Positions 29,515 to 38,893 of a stretch of DNA of 38,893 nt are shown here, one piece after another (the first letter of the stretch is position 1; the number at the start of each line of letters is the position of its first letter). Position numbers and translations under genes: made by a program. The stretch is from Oscillospiraceae bacterium. Its GTDB lineage: Bacteria; Fibrobacterota; Fibrobacteria; Fibrobacterales; Fibrobacteraceae. The stretch spans positions 1-38,893 of the forward strand of contig CAVKXR010000001.1 of assembly GCA_963660275.1 (NCBI GenBank), given 5' to 3'. Under the pieces are notes generated by a model. That model ran no database searches. It had not been told where the DNA came from and saw only the letters and a program-made list of their open reading frames with translations.

Positions 29515-30690
29515 ATGGCTCTTGAAATTTCTTCCGGAATTTTTTCTGTCGGGGTGAGCGATCCCGATATGCGTGTTTTCGATGTGGTCGTTCCGACGGC
29601 GTTCGGCTCTTCGTATAATGCGTATCTGGTGCGCGGGGAAAAGGCGACCGCTCTGGTCGAAACCGTCCACGAAAAAAAATGCGACGAATTTTTGGCGAAT
29701 ATCCAGACGGTCTGCGGGCTTTCGGAAATCGATTACATCGTTATGAACCATACGGAACCGGATCATTCCGGATGTCTGCTGGAACTTTTAAAGCTCGCTC
29801 CGCAGGCCAAAATCGTTGCCAGCGCAAGCGCCATCAAGTTCCTGAAAAAAATCACCAATTCGGAATTCGAATCGATTACGGCGACAAATTCTCTCCGGCT
29901 GGATCTCGGGGGGAAAACGTTGGAATTCCTGATCGCTCCGAACCTGCACTGGCCCGATTCCATGTTCACTTATGTCCCCGAAAACAAGGCGCTTTTTACA
30001 TGCGACTTTCTGGGGGCGCACTATTACGAAGAAAATCATCCGCTGTTTTCAAAAATCGCGTCGATGGATGGTTACAACGTATCGCTCAAGGTCTATTTCG
30101 ACTGCATCTTCAGCCCGTTCAAGAAGTTTGTACAGAACGGTTTGCAGAAAATCGCTCCGCTGGACTTGAACCTTGTCTGCCCGAGCCATGGACCGATTTT
30201 GGACGACGGAATCCAAAAGGTCATCGATACCTATGCGCAGTGGAGCGTCTTGGAAGAGCCTTCTCAATTTGCGGTAATCGCATACGCTTCGGCTTATGGC
30301 TATACGCGTCTTTTGGCGGAAGTGGCCGAGACGACGCTCAAGGAAAACGGCTTTTCGGTAAAGCTTTTCGATCTGGGCGTTACGCCGCCGGAGATTGTCG
30401 CCGGCGAAGCGAACAAGGCGTCCTTGATTTTTATCGGGTCTTCGACTTTCAACCGGGATGCGCTTTTGCCCGTGTGGGAATTTGTCGCTCATCTTTCGTC
30501 GATTGTCAATGCAAACAAGAAAGTTGGCGTTTTCGGTTCCTATGGTTGGAGCGGCGAAGGGGTTCCGCTTCTTGTGGAACATTTGAAACAGAAGAAGTAC
30601 GATGTCTGTGGAGAAGGTTTCCGAGCGGTCTTTAAACCGTCCGAAACAGAAATCTCCGCGATGAAGGAATATGTCAAGTCTTGCCTGTGA
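29515..30690 (+). CDS. FprA-family flavodiiron protein (class A)
   Basis: NHTEPDHS, HWPD, CDFLG and PSHG di-iron ligands. Flavodoxin domain with FGSYGWSGE. Confidence 0.92.
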   Translation: MALEISSGIFSVGVSDPDMRVFDVVVPTAFGSSYNAYLVRGEKATALVETVHEKKCDEFLANIQTVCGLSEIDYIVMNHTEPDHSGCLLELLKLAPQAKIVASASAIKFLKKITNSEFESITATNSLRLDLGGKTLEFLIAPNLHWPDSMFTYVPENKALFTCDFLGAHYYEENHPLFSKIASMDGYNVSLKVYFDCIFSPFKKFVQNGLQKIAPLDLNLVCPSHGPILDDGIQKVIDTYAQWSVLEEPSQFAVIAYASAYGYTRLLAEVAETTLKENGFSVKLFDLGVTPPEIVAGEANKASLIFIGSSTFNRDALLPVWEFVAHLSSIVNANKKVGVFGSYGWSGEGVPLLVEHLKQKKYDVCGEGFRAVFKPSETEISAMKEYVKSCL

Positions 30691-30700
30691 CTGAAATCCT

Positions 30701-32839
30701 GTGAACGACCTGCTTTTGACATTGAACCCGGAACAGCTTTCGGCGGTCAAGACGACAGAAGGCTATGTGCGCGTAATCGCTGGAGCGGGAACGGGAAAGA
30801 CAAAGGCTCTGACGGCAAGGTATTGCTATCTCGTTTCGGAACTCGGCATTTCCCCGGCGAATATTTTGACGGTCACGTTTACGAATCGAGCTGCAAACGA
30901 GATGAAGAATCGCGTCCGAGCCGTTTTGGGCGGTCTGGATCTAGGGTTCATCAGCACCATTCACGCATTCTGTACACGTTTTTTAAAAGAAGAAATCAAC
31001 GCGCTGGGATATCCCAAAAGCTTCATCATCATCGATACCGAAGACGAACGCGAAATTTTGCAGCGCATCTTTGCCGACATGAAAATCACGTTGCGCGATA
31101 CGACGATGCAGCGGACAATCGATCAGGTCTTGGAAGCGCGAAAGGAAACGAACGCCTACATTCTCGACTTTATCCGCCTTTCGAATGAGGAATTTTTAAA
31201 ACGGATTGAAACGGAAAAAGACCGCGATTCCCAAATTTTCTTGCGCTATCTCTACGAACAGAAAAAAAATTATGGCTTGGACTTTAACGATTTAATCAAT
31301 TTTACGGCTTACATTCTGGAAAATTTTCCCGATGTCCGCGAAAAATGGCAAGCGCGCATGGAATATGTTTTGGTGGATGAATTCCAGGACGTAAGCGAAA
31401 AACAGTATAAAATCGCACGGATTCTTTCCGAAAAGCACGGAAACCTTTTTATCGTCGGGGACAGCGACCAGACGATTTATTCTTGGAGAGGTTCACACGT
31501 CCGGCTGTTCCTGGATTTCGACAAGGTCTATCCCGAAGCGAAGACGATTCTTTTCCGGGAAAACTATCGCAGCTCACCGCAAATTTTGGATGCTGCGAAT
31601 AAATTAATTTCCCGCAATGTCGTGCGATATCCCAAGGACCTTTTTCCTGTTTGCAAGGATGGCCCGAAACCGCTCTATTTTCACGGGAAAGCTCCGAAAG
31701 ACGAATCGGAATGGATTGTCGGGAAAGTTCGAAAACTTGTCGAAAATGGAGAATCTCTCGGCGACATCGCCGTTCTGTATCGCTCGCATTTTTTGTCGCG
31801 CCCGATCGAAGAAGCTTTCATCCAGAATAAAATTCCTTACCGCGTCTTGTCGGGAATTTCCTTTTATGAGCGCAGGGAAATCAAGGATGTCGTCGCTTAC
31901 CTGCGGATGCTCACATCGCAGGATGATTTTGCCTTTTTGAGAACGATCAATATTCCCGGGCGAAAAATCGGTAAAAAGAAAATCGCCTTTCTCAAGGAAT
32001 ACGCCGAAGCGAATAGGATTACTTTGTACGAATCGTTGCGTGAAAACTTAGACAGCGCCATTTTCAAAGGGACCGCGGCGAAAAAATATGTCCAGGCGAT
32101 TGAGGAAACGCGCAAAGATGTCGGTGAAAAAAAGATGGACGATGTGCTGGAAAAAATCCTGAATCTTTCCGGCTACACGGAATTCGTTCGGATGGATGCA
32201 GACCAAAATCGTCTTGACAACTTGGCCGAGTTTAAACAGACGGTAGAAAATGCGACAAAGGATGTCGATGAAAATCTGGAAAGTTTTTTGTCCCGGATCG
32301 CGCTTTATGGAAATTTGGACAAGGAAGAGCGCAAGGACGCGGTAAAGCTTCTGAGCGTCCATGCTTCGAAGGGACTGGAATTTCCGAACGTTTTCATCAC
32401 CGGTCTTTCAGAAGGGCTTTTTCCCAGTGCGCAGATTGAGACGATGGAAGAACTGGAAGAGGAACGCCGAATCGCCTACGTCGCCTTTACGCGGGCGCAG
32501 AAACGCCTTTTCCTTTCGGAAAACGAAGGCGGAGGAAACATCAATCTGAGCAAGTATCCGTCGCGTTTTATCTTTGATGCGGGCGAAGAAAATCTGGAAT
32601 TTGTGAATCCATTGCCGGAAGATTTACGGGAAAAGGCCTTGCGACAAATCCGAGAGGAAACGGAACATCTGGAACTTTTGCAAGACCTGCTTTTTGTCGG
32701 GGACCGCATCCGGCATCCGGTTTTTGGCGAAGGATTAATCGTCGAAGTCAATGCGAAAGATTCCTGCTATGTTGTCCAGTTTGATTCGCTGAGGACAACC
32801 CGCAACCTGCAGTTTACCGCCAAGCTGGAACGTCTTTGA
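30701..32839 (+). CDS. UvrD/PcrA-family SF1 helicase
   Basis: AGAGTGKT, TFTNRAA, VDEFQD, GDSDQTIYSWRG, ENYRS, HASKGLEF, EERRIAYVA.TRA, C-terminal HP.FG.G. GTG start. Confidence 0.95.
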   Translation: MNDLLLTLNPEQLSAVKTTEGYVRVIAGAGTGKTKALTARYCYLVSELGISPANILTVTFTNRAANEMKNRVRAVLGGLDLGFISTIHAFCTRFLKEEINALGYPKSFIIIDTEDEREILQRIFADMKITLRDTTMQRTIDQVLEARKETNAYILDFIRLSNEEFLKRIETEKDRDSQIFLRYLYEQKKNYGLDFNDLINFTAYILENFPDVREKWQARMEYVLVDEFQDVSEKQYKIARILSEKHGNLFIVGDSDQTIYSWRGSHVRLFLDFDKVYPEAKTILFRENYRSSPQILDAANKLISRNVVRYPKDLFPVCKDGPKPLYFHGKAPKDESEWIVGKVRKLVENGESLGDIAVLYRSHFLSRPIEEAFIQNKIPYRVLSGISFYERREIKDVVAYLRMLTSQDDFAFLRTINIPGRKIGKKKIAFLKEYAEANRITLYESLRENLDSAIFKGTAAKKYVQAIEETRKDVGEKKMDDVLEKILNLSGYTEFVRMDADQNRLDNLAEFKQTVENATKDVDENLESFLSRIALYGNLDKEERKDAVKLLSVHASKGLEFPNVFITGLSEGLFPSAQIETMEELEEERRIAYVAFTRAQKRLFLSENEGGGNINLSKYPSRFIFDAGEENLEFVNPLPEDLREKALRQIREETEHLELLQDLLFVGDRIRHPVFGEGLIVEVNAKDSCYVVQFDSLRTTRNLQFTAKLERL

Positions 32840-33585
32840 TGGCTCCGCTTATCATGAATTTTTCGGGCATCTACCGGATGCAAAATTTTTGGAAAGAGAA
32901 TTTTGCGGAAATGGACTGCTCGCAAATCCAAGGAACGGATTGCTATCTGGACACTACAGCGGAAGCGGAAATTCGTCGGATGATGGATGCTTATCCGGTG
33001 CGCGGAATCCATTTTATCGATTCGGGAAACACGCATTATCTGAGCAAGCTGTGGACGGATCGCGTCGCGGAAAATTTTTCGCTTGTCGTGTTCGATCATC
33101 ACTCCGACATGCAGCCGCCCGCTTTTGACGGAATCCTTTCGTGCGGAAGTTGGCTCAAGGCCGCTCTGGATTCCAACCCGTTTCTGCAAAATGTTCTCTT
33201 AATCGGTGTCGGAAAATCTTCTGCCGAAGAAATCCCGCAAGCTTATCGGAAAAAAGTTCAGGTCGTTCTGGAAAGCGAATGCGCCGCGGAATCTTTCGGT
33301 GACGATTTTGCCTTTGACGAAAAATTTTTTGAACATCCGGTTTATGTTTCCGTGGATAAGGATGTCTTGTCGGAGCGAGAACTCAAGACGAATTGGGACG
33401 GTGGAAGCCTTTCGGCGAATAACTTATTGAAACTTTTGGAACGAATTTTTGCGCTAGGAAAGGTCCTCGGCGTGGATATTTGCGGGGAACCGTCTTTTCG
33501 GGACGTCTTTTCCGAAGACGAAAATTTACAACAAAGTAATTCCATCAATTCTTCTCTGTGGAATCTTTTAAAAAATCATTTTTAG
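32836..33585 (+). CDS. Arginase/ureohydrolase-fold family protein
   Basis: FDHHSD and SVDKD metal-binding motifs, GVDICGE. Start could instead be ATG 32839 or 32854. Confidence 0.75.
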   Translation: MMAPLIMNFSGIYRMQNFWKENFAEMDCSQIQGTDCYLDTTAEAEIRRMMDAYPVRGIHFIDSGNTHYLSKLWTDRVAENFSLVVFDHHSDMQPPAFDGILSCGSWLKAALDSNPFLQNVLLIGVGKSSAEEIPQAYRKKVQVVLESECAAESFGDDFAFDEKFFEHPVYVSVDKDVLSERELKTNWDGGSLSANNLLKLLERIFALGKVLGVDICGEPSFRDVFSEDENLQQSNSINSSLWNLLKNHF

Positions 33586-33642
33586 ATTTTCCGTTTTCGT
33601 AAAGAGCTGTTTATTTTCAAGGGCAAGGCGTTGTTTTTTAAT

Positions 33643-33666
33643 AAAAAAGCGCCGCGGATGCGGCGC
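33643..33666 (-). terminator. Intrinsic terminator of cysK
   Basis: gcgccgc-ggat-gcggcgc stem with A6 at 33643-33648, which reads as U6 on the minus strand. Confidence 0.75.
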
Positions 33667-33690
33667 GAAATCTGAACGTTTGACGAGAGG

Positions 33691-34614
33691 TTATTTTTCT
33701 TCGAACAGCCAAGTCGAGAGATAACGTTCGCCGGTATCCGGGAGCAGAGCGACGATCGTTTTGCCCTTGTTTTCCAGGCGCTTGGCGATGGTGAGTGCCG
33801 CTTCGAGAGCCGCCCCGGAAGAAATTCCGATTAGCAGGCCTTCTTCCTTTGCCGCGCGGCGGGCGATGTTCCCCGCCTTGACATCGTTTGTCAGGTAGAT
33901 TTCGTCGATGACTTTCGGGTCATAGACTTTTGGGACGAAGCCCGCTCCGATTCCCTGGATCTTGTGCGGACCTGCGGGCTTTCCGGAGAGAACTGCGGAC
34001 GTATCCGGTTCAACGACGACGACCTTGACATTCGGATTCTGGCTTTTCAGATAGCTGCCGACGCCTGTCACCGTGCCGCCGGTTCCCGCTGCGGAAACAA
34101 AGATATCGACCTTGCCTTCGGTATCTTTCCAGATTTCCGGGCCGGTCGTCTTGCGGTGAATTTCCGGGTTTGCGGGATTTTCAAACTGCTGCGGGATAAA
34201 GGAATTCGGATTTTCCTTGGCGAGTTCCTGCGCCTTGGCGATGGCGCCTTTCATGCCGGCCTTTCCGTCGGTGAGGACGAGTTCCGCGCCGAGAGCCGCG
34301 AGAAGCTTGCGCCTTTCAATGCTCATCGTTTCGGGCATGGTCAGGATGATTCGGTAACCCTTGACCGCTGCGACGTAGGCTAATCCGATTCCCGTGTTGC
34401 CGCTGGTCGGTTCGATGATGACCGAGCCTTCCTTGAGGCGTCCGTCTTTTTCCGCGGCTTCGATCATGGCGAAAGCGACGCGATCCTTGACGCTCGAAAG
34501 CGGATTGAACGATTCGACTTTGACATAGACTTCGGCTTCGCTGTCGTTCAGCTTGTTGATGCGGACGAGCGGCGTGTTTCCGATGAGGTCGGTAATCTTG
34601 TTGACTTTTGCCAT
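33691..34614 (-). CDS. cysK: Cysteine synthase A
   Basis: IGNTPLV, SVKDR (PLP Lys), [29 protein letters not shown]. Confidence 0.97.
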   Translation of the reverse strand: MAKVNKITDLIGNTPLVRINKLNDSEAEVYVKVESFNPLSSVKDRVAFAMIEAAEKDGRLKEGSVIIEPTSGNTGIGLAYVAAVKGYRIILTMPETMSIERRKLLAALGAELVLTDGKAGMKGAIAKAQELAKENPNSFIPQQFENPANPEIHRKTTGPEIWKDTEGKVDIFVSAAGTGGTVTGVGSYLKSQNPNVKVVVVEPDTSAVLSGKPAGPHKIQGIGAGFVPKVYDPKVIDEIYLTNDVKAGNIARRAAKEEGLLIGISSGAALEAALTIAKRLENKGKTIVALLPDTGERYLSTWLFEEK

Positions 34615-34783
34615 GATTTTCTCCTTGGATAAAATCCTATTATTTCAATCAACATTGTATAATATATAAAAATGATCGGGAAAAGGCAAGAAAAATTTTT
34701 ACTTTTTCCAAGACGCCTCTTTTTCATGGGGAGTGATAGCCCGGATTGGGGAATTGTATATTTTAAATGGAAAGGAGAACCCT

Positions 34784-35275
34784 ATGAAGAAAATGACCTT
34801 AGCCGTTTTGGCGATGTGCGCAGCGTCCCTCTTCCTTGCCTGCGGACCGTCCGCTTTGGAAATCAAGGAAAAGGCTTCGGCTTGCGAGTTTAATGTGGAA
34901 ATCCGCTACGTACAAGATGACTCGGTCGGAATCTTTGTCGGCAATACGCTTTATCTTGCGACTTCGCAGCTCGCTTCGGGAAAATTCTATCCGCTGCTCG
35001 TGAGTTCCCGGGATCCGATGAATATCGACGGTCGCGCTCCGACGGATGTCGTGAATTCCGACGAGGAACTTGCCGCTTACATCAATCGGCGTGTGCCGGG
35101 GGCGCTTCATTTCGGAATTGTTCTCTCCGATAATGTCGGCTATGAAATCGGCTTTGATTCCGATGTGGCTGTCAAGACTCTCCGGGACTTTTTTGAGAAA
35201 TCCTATCCGGGTTCGACTGCGGTCCTTTTCGGGGAACGAGGCGGCGATCTGGTTTCGGCAAAAAAACTTTACTAG
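34784..35275 (+). CDS. Hypothetical lipoprotein
   Basis: SD aaggag and MKKMTLAVLAMCAASLFLA-C lipobox. Confidence 0.8.
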   Translation: MKKMTLAVLAMCAASLFLACGPSALEIKEKASACEFNVEIRYVQDDSVGIFVGNTLYLATSQLASGKFYPLLVSSRDPMNIDGRAPTDVVNSDEELAAYINRRVPGALHFGIVLSDNVGYEIGFDSDVAVKTLRDFFEKSYPGSTAVLFGERGGDLVSAKKLY

Positions 35276-35287
35276 TGGAAAACGTGC

Positions 35288-36217
35288 ATGTTAGGCATTG
35301 AACAAAAGAAAGGCAATCCGGAAAAGCTTTGCGGTCGGATGGTTGCGTATGCGAAGATTCTCCGGTCGGCGATGAAGAGCGATGCGATGCCCGGACCGTT
35401 TCCGGGGATGATTCGGAATGGAATCCTGGCGGTTCGCGGCGAGTTCGAAAAGAACAGCAATATCAAGAGCTTCATGCGGCACGAGATGGGAACTTCTGTC
35501 GATAAGGGCATCAACGACTTGATCGAGCATATCAAGGAAACCGGCGGCGAACTTCCCGATGGCGTAGATGCCGATTCGTTCCGCAACCGTCTCGAAGAAC
35601 TTTCGAGCATGGAAATTATACCGGTTCCGGCGAAAATCATGTTCTACGAAAACGAAGAAGACATTTTGCGCGAAAATGCCGACATCTATTATATCGGGGA
35701 ATTTTCGGGCATGAGCCAGGCGCACCTCTGCATCACGAGCCTTCCGATTTTTTACCAGGCGAAGTATCGCGAACAGCAAAACGCCGAAGAACAGGCCTAC
35801 ATCAGCGAGCTTCTTTCGCAGATAGAATCCGACGGACTCATCACGAGCAAGCCGGAAAACGGGGAATTTTTGCCGGGCAAGGGAAACCTGCTGACTTTTG
35901 TCGGCGATTTGCAGGAACTTCTTGAACGCCAGGTCGTGCCGTATCTTTTGTACCAGGCGGGAAACGAGGACGAGTTCAAGGCGAGTCTCGAACGGTTCAA
36001 GAGCTTTATGGCGCCTTACAAGGATCCCAGGGATGTCGAAAGCATCGGAAATGCGATTTGCAAGTTGCGGTTAAACGAAAACGATTCGCAGGAACGTTCC
36101 CGGCTCGAACTTCTGTGTCGCAAGGTGAGCGCCTTGTATCACGAAAAGTTCGAATTGGTGCCGGAAATCCAGCAGAAACTCAGCGCGCTCGATCGTCCAA
36201 ACGAAGGAAACGCATGA
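35288..36217 (+). CDS. Hypothetical protein with a possible C-terminal UVR-like motif
   Basis: 309-aa ORF with host-like codons and an ATGA overlap with rdgB. Ends in ALYHEKFELVPEIQQKL. Confidence 0.75.
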   Translation: MLGIEQKKGNPEKLCGRMVAYAKILRSAMKSDAMPGPFPGMIRNGILAVRGEFEKNSNIKSFMRHEMGTSVDKGINDLIEHIKETGGELPDGVDADSFRNRLEELSSMEIIPVPAKIMFYENEEDILRENADIYYIGEFSGMSQAHLCITSLPIFYQAKYREQQNAEEQAYISELLSQIESDGLITSKPENGEFLPGKGNLLTFVGDLQELLERQVVPYLLYQAGNEDEFKASLERFKSFMAPYKDPRDVESIGNAICKLRLNENDSQERSRLELLCRKVSALYHEKFELVPEIQQKLSALDRPNEGNA

Positions 36218-36810
36218 AGCTGGTTGTCATTGCGACGGGAAATCCGGGCAAGGTCCGCGAATTTGCCAAGGCCTTTGAACAGGCGGATTTTGAATTCAAG
36301 ACGCAAAAGGATGTCGGATTTTCGGAAGATGTCGATGAGAACGGCACAACTTTTGCGGAGAACGCTCGCATCAAGGCGGTTGCCGTTGCGAAGTATCTGA
36401 AAAGTCGGAAAATCGTGGCGACGGTCATCGCGGACGATTCAGGGTTGGAAGTGAAAGCTTTGGACGGCGCGCCCGGAATCCACAGTGCGCGCTTTGCCGG
36501 TTCGCACGGAGATTCCCTTGCAAATAACGAGAAGCTTCTCCGTGAGCTGCAAGGCATTTCGGACCGCTCGGCGCGTTTTGTTTCCGCTCTCTGCATCATC
36601 GACGAAAAAGATGCCGAACATGATGTCGAAGGCGAATGCCGCGGAAAAATTCTTGAAGCATTCCGCGGGACAGAAGGTTTCGGTTACGACCCGCTCTTTG
36701 TTCCCGAAGGCCATGAAAAAACCTTTGCGGAAATGTCCCTAGAGGAAAAACAGTCGCTTAGCCACCGCGGACACGCGATTGAAAATCTCAAGGCGGCGAA
36801 TATTCTGTAG
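36214..36810 (+). CDS. rdgB: Non-canonical purine NTP pyrophosphatase (RdgB/HAM1)
   Basis: ATGNPGK, ADDSGL, GAPG.HSAR, FGYDP.F, SHRG. Start ATG 36214. Confidence 0.95.
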   Translation: MKLVVIATGNPGKVREFAKAFEQADFEFKTQKDVGFSEDVDENGTTFAENARIKAVAVAKYLKSRKIVATVIADDSGLEVKALDGAPGIHSARFAGSHGDSLANNEKLLRELQGISDRSARFVSALCIIDEKDAEHDVEGECRGKILEAFRGTEGFGYDPLFVPEGHEKTFAEMSLEEKQSLSHRGHAIENLKAANIL

Positions 36811-36822
36811 GTCCGGTCTTCG

Positions 36823-37380
36823 ATGTTCCCAAAAATTGCCAACCTGGACGAACGCTTTTCGCGATATCTTTACACGCATCGGCTGTCGGCACGAGCGGAT
36901 CGCCTGCTACGGCTTTATACAAGGCTCGGCGACGGCTACGTGTGGGCGCTGATCGCGCTTCTGATTTTGGTAGCCGACGGTCCGAAATTTCTTGCGCTTG
37001 TCCTTGCGCAGGTTCTCCCGTCCCTTGTCGTTTCGCTCGGACTTTACTGGATCGTGAAGCTTTCCACGAAGCGCAAGCGTCCCTTTGACGCCATCCCGGG
37101 ATTCAAGGCTCTGGTTCCGCCGCTTGACAAGTACAGCTTTCCGTCGGGGCATACGATGAACAACCTGGCGATTGCGACGACCGTGCTGCTTTCGGTTCCT
37201 GCCGCGGGCCTGGTAATGATGAGCCTTCCGCTTACTTGGGGATTTTTGCGCGTCTATTTCGGGGTCCACTGGCTATCGGATGTCGTCGGGGGATTTGTCT
37301 TGGGCATTGTGAGCTTTGCCTTGGGGCATTTGCTTTGGACCTTCGCCCTGTCGCCGCTTGTTACGGGAATTCTTTCATGA
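36823..37380 (+). CDS. PAP2-family membrane phosphatase
   Basis: K....RKRP, SFPSGH, RVYFGVHWLSDV. Confidence 0.92.
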   Translation: MFPKIANLDERFSRYLYTHRLSARADRLLRLYTRLGDGYVWALIALLILVADGPKFLALVLAQVLPSLVVSLGLYWIVKLSTKRKRPFDAIPGFKALVPPLDKYSFPSGHTMNNLAIATTVLLSVPAAGLVMMSLPLTWGFLRVYFGVHWLSDVVGGFVLGIVSFALGHLLWTFALSPLVTGILS

Positions 37381-38042
37381 AATTTTTAACCGCAGCGCAA
37401 ATTCTCTCACAGAAAAGGCCGGATGAAAGGCTGACCCTTTTGATCCGCCACGCCGAACGTCGCCACATTACGCCGGAAGACGAGGATTACGGTTCGAAGG
37501 TCCCGCTGACCGACTGTGGGCGTTCGCAGGCTCTTGCCGCCGGAAAGGAATTTTCCGATTTTGACGGTTCGCTCTTTTTTGGATCGAGTCCTGTTCTTCG
37601 TTGCCGGGAGACCGCTGCGCTTTTTGCCGAGGGCTGCGGAGCTTCGGAATTTTCGGAACCGGAAAAAGTCGCCCGCTTTGACTGCCTGGGAGATTTTTAT
37701 GTAAGCGGCTTTGTGGACTATGACCGCTACCTGAAAGAAGGTTTCTATCCGGCGGTCTGCCGCTTTATCTGCAAAGGTTCGCTTTCGGGATTTTTGCCGC
37801 TTGCGGAGGGTTCCGAAAAGTTTCTCCGTTTTCTATTGGAAAATTCTTCGACGGACCTGAACGTGTTCTGTTCCCATGATGCCTGGATTGCGCCTTTTCT
37901 TTCGCATTTTACGGATGTCCGCTTCAGCCCGAGCTGTTGGCTGAATTTCCTTTCCGGCGCCGCGATCCTGTTTTCTGCAGACAAAAAGGCCGTACGGATT
38001 CTTCCCGTCGCATTTCTAGGCGACGGCTGGCTCAGGTTTTAG
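37377..38042 (+). CDS. Histidine phosphatase family protein
   Basis: IRHAER, SSPVLRC.ETA, SHD. ATGA overlap, start 37377. Confidence 0.85.
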   Translation: MKFLTAAQILSQKRPDERLTLLIRHAERRHITPEDEDYGSKVPLTDCGRSQALAAGKEFSDFDGSLFFGSSPVLRCRETAALFAEGCGASEFSEPEKVARFDCLGDFYVSGFVDYDRYLKEGFYPAVCRFICKGSLSGFLPLAEGSEKFLRFLLENSSTDLNVFCSHDAWIAPFLSHFTDVRFSPSCWLNFLSGAAILFSADKKAVRILPVAFLGDGWLRF

Positions 38043-38069
38043 AGGGAAAACTTTTATACTTTTGCTTGT

Positions 38070-38855
38070 ATGAAATTGGATCCTAAAACTTGGAAAGATA
38101 TAAAACTTAATGTGGATAGCCTCTGGGTTATGGGGCCTCGGGCAAAAGGTGGCAAAAGAGAAAATAATTATCACGGAAATTTTGCACCACAGATACCTAA
38201 CGAAATGATTCAACGCTATACAAATCCTGGTGACGTTGTGTTGGATATGTTTATGGGTAGCGGTACTACACTTTTTGAGTGTGAAACTCTTAATCGAAAT
38301 TTTATTGGTTTTGATATTAATGAGGAAATAATTCAAAATGTGCGAAATAAGATGACAGATTGTCGAACAATTCTGTACAAAATTGAAAACTGTGATATTA
38401 GTAATAGCGAGGAAACTGTTTGTAGACTTGATAATGATTTACAAACTATGCAGACGGACAAAGTTTCTCTTATTATATCTCATCCCCCCTACCTTGACAT
38501 TGTAAAGTTTACGGATAAATCTGAAGACTTGTCGCAAATTGCAGATGTAACCCAATTTATTAATGTCTATGTAAAAGCTGTACGAAATGTATGGAACGCT
38601 CTTAAGGTTAAGGGAACATTTGTTTTGGTTATTGGAGATGTGTACAAAAACAGTGAAGTTGTCCCTCTCGGATTTGAAGTAATGCACGCTATACAGGAAA
38701 ACTTTAATTGTTTACTTAAAGGAATTGTTGTCAAAGATGTAGTAAACAATCGTGGAAAAATTGGAACGGAAATGATTCACCGTTATCGTGCACTTAAGTT
38801 TGGTTATTATATATTCAAACATGAATATATTTTCGTATTCAAAAAAGTAAAATGA
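38070..38855 (+). CDS. Amino (N4-C/N6-A) DNA methyltransferase, AT-rich
   Basis: Motif I DMFMGSGTT precedes catalytic motif IV SHPPY; N-terminal YHGNFAPQIP and C-terminal HEYIFVFKK. Confidence 0.85.
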   Translation: MKLDPKTWKDIKLNVDSLWVMGPRAKGGKRENNYHGNFAPQIPNEMIQRYTNPGDVVLDMFMGSGTTLFECETLNRNFIGFDINEEIIQNVRNKMTDCRTILYKIENCDISNSEETVCRLDNDLQTMQTDKVSLIISHPPYLDIVKFTDKSEDLSQIADVTQFINVYVKAVRNVWNALKVKGTFVLVIGDVYKNSEVVPLGFEVMHAIQENFNCLLKGIVVKDVVNNRGKIGTEMIHRYRALKFGYYIFKHEYIFVFKKVK

Positions 38856-38861
38856 GGTTGT

Positions 38862-38893
38862 ATGGCTACAGAAAATTTGATTGATTTATTTCT
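38862..38893 (+). CDS. 5' start of the next AT-rich gene (truncated by the window)
   Basis: SD gagg then ATG 38862 (MATENLIDLF...), open to the window end. Confidence 0.55.
   Translation, partial: MATENLIDLF

Noticed and set aside
34615..34783. Possible SAM/T-box-type element upstream of cysK
   Set aside because: AT-rich divergent promoter region with no conserved riboswitch or T-box motifs visible.
36058..36213. N-terminal extensions in the ORF track for RdgB (likewise HemE, GyrB and the histidine phosphatase)
   Set aside because: They overlap neighbouring real genes. Internal ATGs with an SD or ATGA coupling fit the family N-termini.

Overview
This is a gene-dense window of bacterial core chromosome. 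Gene content, codon style and repeat type suggest a Fibrobacterota (Fibrobacter/Hallerella-like) gut anaerobe, but that is an inference. It opens with the 3' end of a DUF167/YggU gene, a ~420-bp structured repeat element, rnr and an RgpF-like gene. A 12-gene minus-strand run follows (cnoX-like, two M16 peptidase subunits, a secreted hypothetical protein, TrmH, MlaD, ptsH, ptsI, TPR-Slt, EamA, prmA, hemE). The mostly plus-strand remainder holds a Zn-ribbon protein, two paralogous membrane-anchored hypothetical proteins, AI-2E, HU, a tiny lipoprotein, an O-acetyltransferase, a carboxyltransferase with no biotin domain, an S41 protease, MlaE, DciA-like, gyrB, polyprenyl synthase, FprA, UvrD, an arginase-like protein, cysK (minus strand), a lipoprotein, a UVR-motif protein, RdgB, PAP2 and a histidine phosphatase. 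The window ends in an AT-rich DNA methyltransferase, probably the edge of an acquired defence locus. I found no rRNA, tRNA, CRISPR array or transposase. No clearly new multi-gene system is demonstrable from the sequence alone. The best leads are the nested heptad/REP element, recurrent leaderless-type promoters, the biotin-less carboxyltransferase, the tandem sensor-like proteins and the AT-rich MTase boundary.
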